NCBI GenBank assembly: GCA_963555995.3
Contig: OY821641.1
Location: forward strand, 864,001 to 928,000
Origin: Vicinamibacteria bacterium
GTDB lineage: Bacteria > Acidobacteriota > Vicinamibacteria > Marinacidobacterales > Marinacidobacteraceae
Direction of reading: 5' to 3'
DNA: 64,000 nucleotides
Below are positions 59,683-64,000 of the stretch, piece after piece. Positions within the stretch are counted from its first letter, which is position 1, and the number at the start of each line of letters is the position of its first letter. Under the pieces are notes generated by a model. That model was not told the DNA's origin. It saw nothing but the letters and a program-made list of their open reading frames with translations, and did no database searches. The position numbers and the translations under genes are program-made.

Positions 59683-60456
59683 CTAGCGCGAGGCCGCTTC
59701 GGCCGGCTCGGTGGTCCATTCCGCATGTCGCACGCACGCGTCGATGCGAATGCCTCGGACCGTGATCTTGGCGTCGGACCTGTCGGTCGCGATGCGGGCG
59801 ACTTCCTCTTTGTTCACGAAGCACGGTAGGACGGGAGCATCGCTGGAGAAGTGCTCGGTGGACAGATCCGCGATCGATTCGAAGATCGCCGTCGGGATTT
59901 CCAGCAGTTCGTAGCGCCTTGGAATTTCGTTCCCCGTCCGGAACGCCCGCAGCATCACGATGGCATCCACGGCCGCCCGGTAGTCCTCGAACAGGTGGGT
60001 CAGCCGCTCCTTCCGTTCCTTTGCCTTGCGCACATCCTGGATCCACGCTGCTTCGGTGAGCTTCGAGATGTGGGCGCTGTTCTTGGAGAGGTTCCGGGCC
60101 GCCGTGGACTTCAGGGACAGCCTGCGTGGGAGCCCGTCGTCCGGCGTTACTTCGAGGTCCACGAACCTCCTGGTGGGAGAACCCGGCGGATCCAGAGACC
60201 AGCCGACCGATTCGCAGGCGTTGCGGAAGACCGTTTCGAAGCTGGTCAGTTGCAGCGGTTCGCGTGTGGTTCCGTGATGAAGCGACAGCGCCAGACTGAA
60301 GTACTCCATCCAATCCCCGGATTCGGTAATCCAGGTGCCGGACTCCAGGACGCCGGGGCGTGGCGGGTCCGAGAGTGCGTCCACGACGCGGGCCACGAAC
60401 TTGACGCCCGCCGGCGACAGGTGGTCCAGTCTGGCCTTGAGCTGCTGGAGAGTCAC
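59683..60456 (-). CDS. Type II restriction endonuclease, SmaI-like
   Basis: HH...PL....FE, D...LSLKSTAARNLSK...HISKLTE, YELLEIP and CVRHAEW resemble recalled R.SmaI segments; overlaps the MTase stop codon. Confidence 0.7.
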   Translation of the reverse strand: MTLQQLKARLDHLSPAGVKFVARVVDALSDPPRPGVLESGTWITESGDWMEYFSLALSLHHGTTREPLQLTSFETVFRNACESVGWSLDPPGSPTRRFVDLEVTPDDGLPRRLSLKSTAARNLSKNSAHISKLTEAAWIQDVRKAKERKERLTHLFEDYRAAVDAIVMLRAFRTGNEIPRRYELLEIPTAIFESIADLSTEHFSSDAPVLPCFVNKEEVARIATDRSDAKITVRGIRIDACVRHAEWTTEPAEAASR

Positions 60457-61523
60457 GTACTCGCAAGCCGGCGCGCCATCAGCTCGACGTACGCCGGGTT
60501 GAGATCAATGCCGATCCATTTCCGACCGAGATTCCTGGCGGCCACGAGCGTGGTTCCCGATCCGGCATAGGGGTCGAGGACGACGCTGCCTTCGCGGCTG
60601 GTAATGGCGAGACAGCGATGGACGATGGCGAGGGGCATCACGGCGGGGTGGCCCGCCGTTGATCCATTGGCCTTCTGCGGTTCCGTGGGAATCTCCCAGA
60701 TCGTCCTGAGCCTCCGCCGGTTCGGTCCCCGGACCGCTTGCACGTCGTAGAAGTAGTCCTGGCTCTTTGACAGGAGGAACACCGTTTCGTGCGCCTTCGT
60801 GGGACGATCGCGCACGGATTCCGGATGGGCGTTGGGTTTCGCCCAGATGACCTCGGAGCGCAACCACCAACCGGCGTCCTGGAGCGCGAAGGCGATCCGC
60901 CAGGGAACGCCGATCAGGTCCTTGGGCTTCAGGCCGTCCGGGGTCGGCGGACGCACGTTCATCTTGCGGACGCGGTTCTTGCGGTCCGGGGCGCGGTAGC
61001 GGCGATTGCCGGAGGTGTAGGCGTCGCCCACGTTGAGCCAGACGGTTCCGTCGCTTCGCAGCACCCTCCGCAGTTTCCCGAAGACGGCGACGATGCTGTC
61101 CACGTAGTCACTGAGCGACTCGGCGCACCCGACCTGGTGCTCCACCTGGTAGTCCCGGAGCGACCAGTACGGGGGAGAGGTGACCACCGTCTGGACCGAC
61201 TCGTCGGGCAGGATGTCGAGAGCGTTGAGCGCGTCTCCGCAGATGAGCACGGGCTTGTCGATAGCGTTCAGACGCTTCGTCGTGGGCGTTTCAATCCGCT
61301 TGAAGTCCGCCGCTTCCCGAGGACGGGGCAGCGGGGTCAACAGGAGCGGCCCCGCCGGTTCCGTGAACCCCGGGCCGATCGAAGTCTCTCGACCCGCCGT
61401 CGGCGGAGGCGGCGCGGCGACAGGTGTCCGAAGCGCCGGTGGCGTCTCGGGCAGGGTGTTTCCCACGCGACGTTCCCAGCCCGGATTCTGCCCCGGAACG
61501 GCCCTTCGAGCAACCATCGCCAC
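60453..61523 (-). CDS. Beta-class DNA methyltransferase, probably N4-cytosine (true start may be downstream)
   Basis: VTSPPY before DPYAGSGTT; GLKPKDLIGVPWR, PESVRDRPT and H.AVMP. Confidence 0.9.
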   Translation of the reverse strand: MAMVARRAVPGQNPGWERRVGNTLPETPPALRTPVAAPPPPTAGRETSIGPGFTEPAGPLLLTPLPRPREAADFKRIETPTTKRLNAIDKPVLICGDALNALDILPDESVQTVVTSPPYWSLRDYQVEHQVGCAESLSDYVDSIVAVFGKLRRVLRSDGTVWLNVGDAYTSGNRRYRAPDRKNRVRKMNVRPPTPDGLKPKDLIGVPWRIAFALQDAGWWLRSEVIWAKPNAHPESVRDRPTKAHETVFLLSKSQDYFYDVQAVRGPNRRRLRTIWEIPTEPQKANGSTAGHPAVMPLAIVHRCLAITSREGSVVLDPYAGSGTTLVAARNLGRKWIGIDLNPAYVELMARRLAST

Positions 61524-61526
61524 GCC

Positions 61527-63410
61527 TCAGATCACGCCGTGCAGCGGGCCGCCGGGGGCGGCGAGGGTGTCCACCCGGCGGGTGACGGCGGGGTCCTCGA
61601 TCAGCGGGGGGGCGTGGTGGGGCTTGAGGCGGGCGTCGATGAGCACGGGTTCCACGCAGCTCCAGTGCTTGTGGCGGATTGCCGCCCGGCGGCCGTGCAT
61701 GTCGTGCGAGGGGTTGGACCGGGTGAAGGCCACCCAGAGCAGGTTGCGGAGGCTCTCGGCGGCGAAGCCCGGATCGTCGCAGAGGACGACGAGCGGCATC
61801 CCGGTCAGGTCGCTTCCGGCGCGCTCCGCCGCGTCGAGCGCGTCCCAGAGCGGGGCCAGGCCGGCTTCCACGCGTTCGTAGGCGTCGAACCGCGGTCCGC
61901 CCAGGACGAAGATGCCCGGCAGCACCACCGAGAGGCCCGAAAACCCCGGGGGAAGCGCCCCGCCCACTCCCGCCGGAACCTCGCGGGCGAGCGACCGCCG
62001 TTCCGCTCCCGCTCCGGCGATCACCAGCTTCGACCCCGCGTTCAGGCCGGTGCCCGAGTAGTCGAGGGTGTCCATGGTGGTGCGGGTCTGGAAGTGGAGA
62101 TCGGAAGCGAGGTCCACCCGGCGGAGGACGTGGTCCAGCATCGCGGGGATGTCATGCGCCGCGAGGTCGGGCGCGTCCTCGCGGGCCGCGATGAACAGGT
62201 ACTTGGCCAGCGAGCACTGTCCGAAGCCCAGGATCGCGTTGGCGATGGTCCAGAGTTCCTGCGGCCGCCGGCCCGTGAAGGGCGAATAGCGCTCGCTGCC
62301 GACCGCGAGCAGCAGCGGGTGGACCCCGGCGGCGTCCACCGCGTGCACCGAGTGGACGCCCGGCAGCGTGGTGGGGACCATCGGTTCGGTGATCTCGTGG
62401 ATGAGCTGGCCGAAGGTGGTGTCCTCCTGCGGGGGACGGCCCACCACGGTGAGCGGCCAGACCGCTCCGGCCCGGTGGGTCACGGAGGTCACCCGCAGGA
62501 CCGGGAACGGATGGGTCAGGCTGTAGTAGCCGAGGTGGTCCCCGAAGGGGCCCTCGGGGAGGGTGCGGCCGGGGTCCACCCACCCGGTGATGGTGAAGTC
62601 GGCGTCCGCCGAGACCACGAACCCGTCGTCCCGCCGCCGCCACCGGAACCGGCGTCCGGCGAGCATCCCGGCGAAGAGCAGTTCGCTCAGCCCCTCCGGC
62701 AGCGGCATCACCGCGGCGAGGGTGTGGGCGGGCGGCCCGCCCACGAAGATGCTCACCCGGAGCGGCTCGCCGCGGCGCTCGGCGGCGGTGTGGTGGACGC
62801 CGATGCCGCGGTGGATCTGGTAGTGCATCCCGGCTTCGTCCGCGCCGTATGCGCCCCCGGCGAGCTGGATGCGGTACATCCCCACGTTGGAGGAGAGCGG
62901 GGCGCCCAGGGGGCCGCTTCCCGGGGGAACTTCCGGATCTTCCGTGAAGACTTGGGGCAGGGTGATGAAGGAGCCGCCGTCGTCGGGCCACGAGGTGATC
63001 CGGGGGACTTCCGCAAGGGTGATCCGGTGCGCCTGGCTGGGAGCCGAGCGCACGCGGCCGGGCAGCGAATGCACGGCGGCCTCCGCGGCTCGTAGCGGCG
63101 CTGACGGCCGGCTGCGGAGGTCGGAGAAGACCTTCCCCGGCGCCGCCCGGTAGCGGACCGCCGCCTTCGCGCCGTCGAGCCCGTGCCGGAGCAGGAACCG
63201 CGCCCGCTCCATGGTCCCGAAGAGGTTGGAGACGCAGGGAAACGCCGACCCCTTCACGTTCTCGTAGAGGATGGCGGGCGCTCCGGCGGCGTAGGCGCGG
63301 CGCTGGATCTCGGCGACTTCGAGGTGGCCGTCCACCTCGTCGGGCACCCGGACCAGCATCCGGTTGGCTTCGAGGTCGGCGACGGCGTCGGCGAGCGACC
63401 GGTAGGGCAT
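61527..63410 (-). CDS. UbiD-family (prFMN-dependent) decarboxylase, long form
   Basis: SNLFGT, WPDDGG.FITLP, NVGMYR.Q, EGPFGDHLGYY, TVVGRPPQED and DTLDYS. Confidence 0.92.
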   Translation of the reverse strand: MPYRSLADAVADLEANRMLVRVPDEVDGHLEVAEIQRRAYAAGAPAILYENVKGSAFPCVSNLFGTMERARFLLRHGLDGAKAAVRYRAAPGKVFSDLRSRPSAPLRAAEAAVHSLPGRVRSAPSQAHRITLAEVPRITSWPDDGGSFITLPQVFTEDPEVPPGSGPLGAPLSSNVGMYRIQLAGGAYGADEAGMHYQIHRGIGVHHTAAERRGEPLRVSIFVGGPPAHTLAAVMPLPEGLSELLFAGMLAGRRFRWRRRDDGFVVSADADFTITGWVDPGRTLPEGPFGDHLGYYSLTHPFPVLRVTSVTHRAGAVWPLTVVGRPPQEDTTFGQLIHEITEPMVPTTLPGVHSVHAVDAAGVHPLLLAVGSERYSPFTGRRPQELWTIANAILGFGQCSLAKYLFIAAREDAPDLAAHDIPAMLDHVLRRVDLASDLHFQTRTTMDTLDYSGTGLNAGSKLVIAGAGAERRSLAREVPAGVGGALPPGFSGLSVVLPGIFVLGGPRFDAYERVEAGLAPLWDALDAAERAGSDLTGMPLVVLCDDPGFAAESLRNLLWVAFTRSNPSHDMHGRRAAIRHKHWSCVEPVLIDARLKPHHAPPLIEDPAVTRRVDTLAAPGGPLHGVI

Positions 63411-63491
63411 GGGAATGGCTTGGTCTCCCTTACGCCGGTGGCCGGTGAGCGACCCGATGTCCGAACGGGTCGCCCGTCCCAGGATGAACGC

Positions 63492-63728
63492 TCACCATCG
63501 TTTACGCCGGTCGGCGATCACGGTGTCCGCGATTGGCCGACCCCGCATGGGGATCGGCTGGAAGTGGCTGGCCGGCTCTGCTCGTGGGGAGGCGGTACCT
63601 GATTCGCGAGGATCAGACCCCGTTCGACGGTGTTCAACAGCGACGGATGGATCCTCCAGGGGCCGACCGTGGCTTGGCGCAGGCTCACGGGCAGGGCCCG
63701 GTCCCGAGGGTTCGTCATGGGTCTTCAT
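63492..63728 (-). CDS. Small hypothetical protein with antitoxin-like C-terminus
   Basis: Ends in PIPMRGRPIADTVIADRR; SD-like GGGAG upstream. Confidence 0.4.
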   Translation of the reverse strand: MKTHDEPSGPGPAREPAPSHGRPLEDPSVAVEHRRTGSDPRESGTASPRAEPASHFQPIPMRGRPIADTVIADRRKRW

Positions 63729-63859
63729 GGTCTGGCTCCCTGAATGGTCGTTACCGAGTTCGCGTCGAGGACGAGGAAGGATACGGTCCGATGAACACGA
63801 GGAACCCCTCCCCGAAGAATGCCGACGGCCCCGGGACCCCGAAAGTTAGGATGCGGCGC

Positions 63860-64000
63860 GTGGAGAGGAAGACGGTCAGCCTGATCGGGGTGCCGCTGGA
63901 TCTGGGGGCCGGTTGCCGGGGGGTGGACATGGGGCCCTCCGCCATGCGCCGCGCGGGGATCGCATCGCGCCTCGAGCGCCTGGGACACCGGGTCGAGGAC
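63860..64000 (+). CDS. rocF: Arginase (5' part, runs off the window)
   Basis: Manual translation gives VERKTVSLIGVPLDLGAGCRGVDMGPSAMRRAGIASRLERLGHRVED. Confidence 0.88.
   Translation, partial: MERKTVSLIGVPLDLGAGCRGVDMGPSAMRRAGIASRLERLGHRVED

Overview
A very GC-rich (roughly 70% by eye) bacterial chromosomal segment. The fused LptF-LptG gene, the VPS10/BNR hydrolase and the overall gene content suggest Acidobacteriota or a similar diderm lineage, but this is inference only. The first ~45.8 kb is mostly housekeeping: valS (truncated at the window edge), metK, two sugar-nucleotidyltransferases plus an AmgK-like kinase, lptFG, smc, asnS, rimO, rimP-nusA-infB-DUF503-rbfA-truB-rpsO-pnp, purC, an ECF sigma/anti-sigma/LiaF-DUF4097 envelope-stress operon, nrdR, ftcD, pgpA-cinA-thpR, ribD/ribE/ribBA, efp-epmA and a large secreted beta-propeller hydrolase. 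From ~45.9 kb the window is accessory. It contains an HsdR_N-type nuclease split by IS256, a wHTH gene and a Schlafen/AlbA_2 gene transcribed divergently across a 15-unit, 32/33-bp phased array (97-bp higher-order repeat), and an S66 LD-carboxypeptidase flanked by two copies of a structured-leader plus TM-coiled-coil cassette. Further right are arsR-arsI, an APC permease with an AKR-Rid fusion, a SmaI-like type II R-M pair, a UbiD-family gene and the start of arginase. Intergenic DNA carries two non-autonomous repeat systems: three exactly 181-bp TA-flanked MITEs (two overlapping stop codons) and many GGARC-tagged REP/REPIN-like hairpin elements with covarying, interchangeable stems. No rRNA, tRNA or CRISPR array was recognised. 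All family assignments come from motif recognition without database searches.
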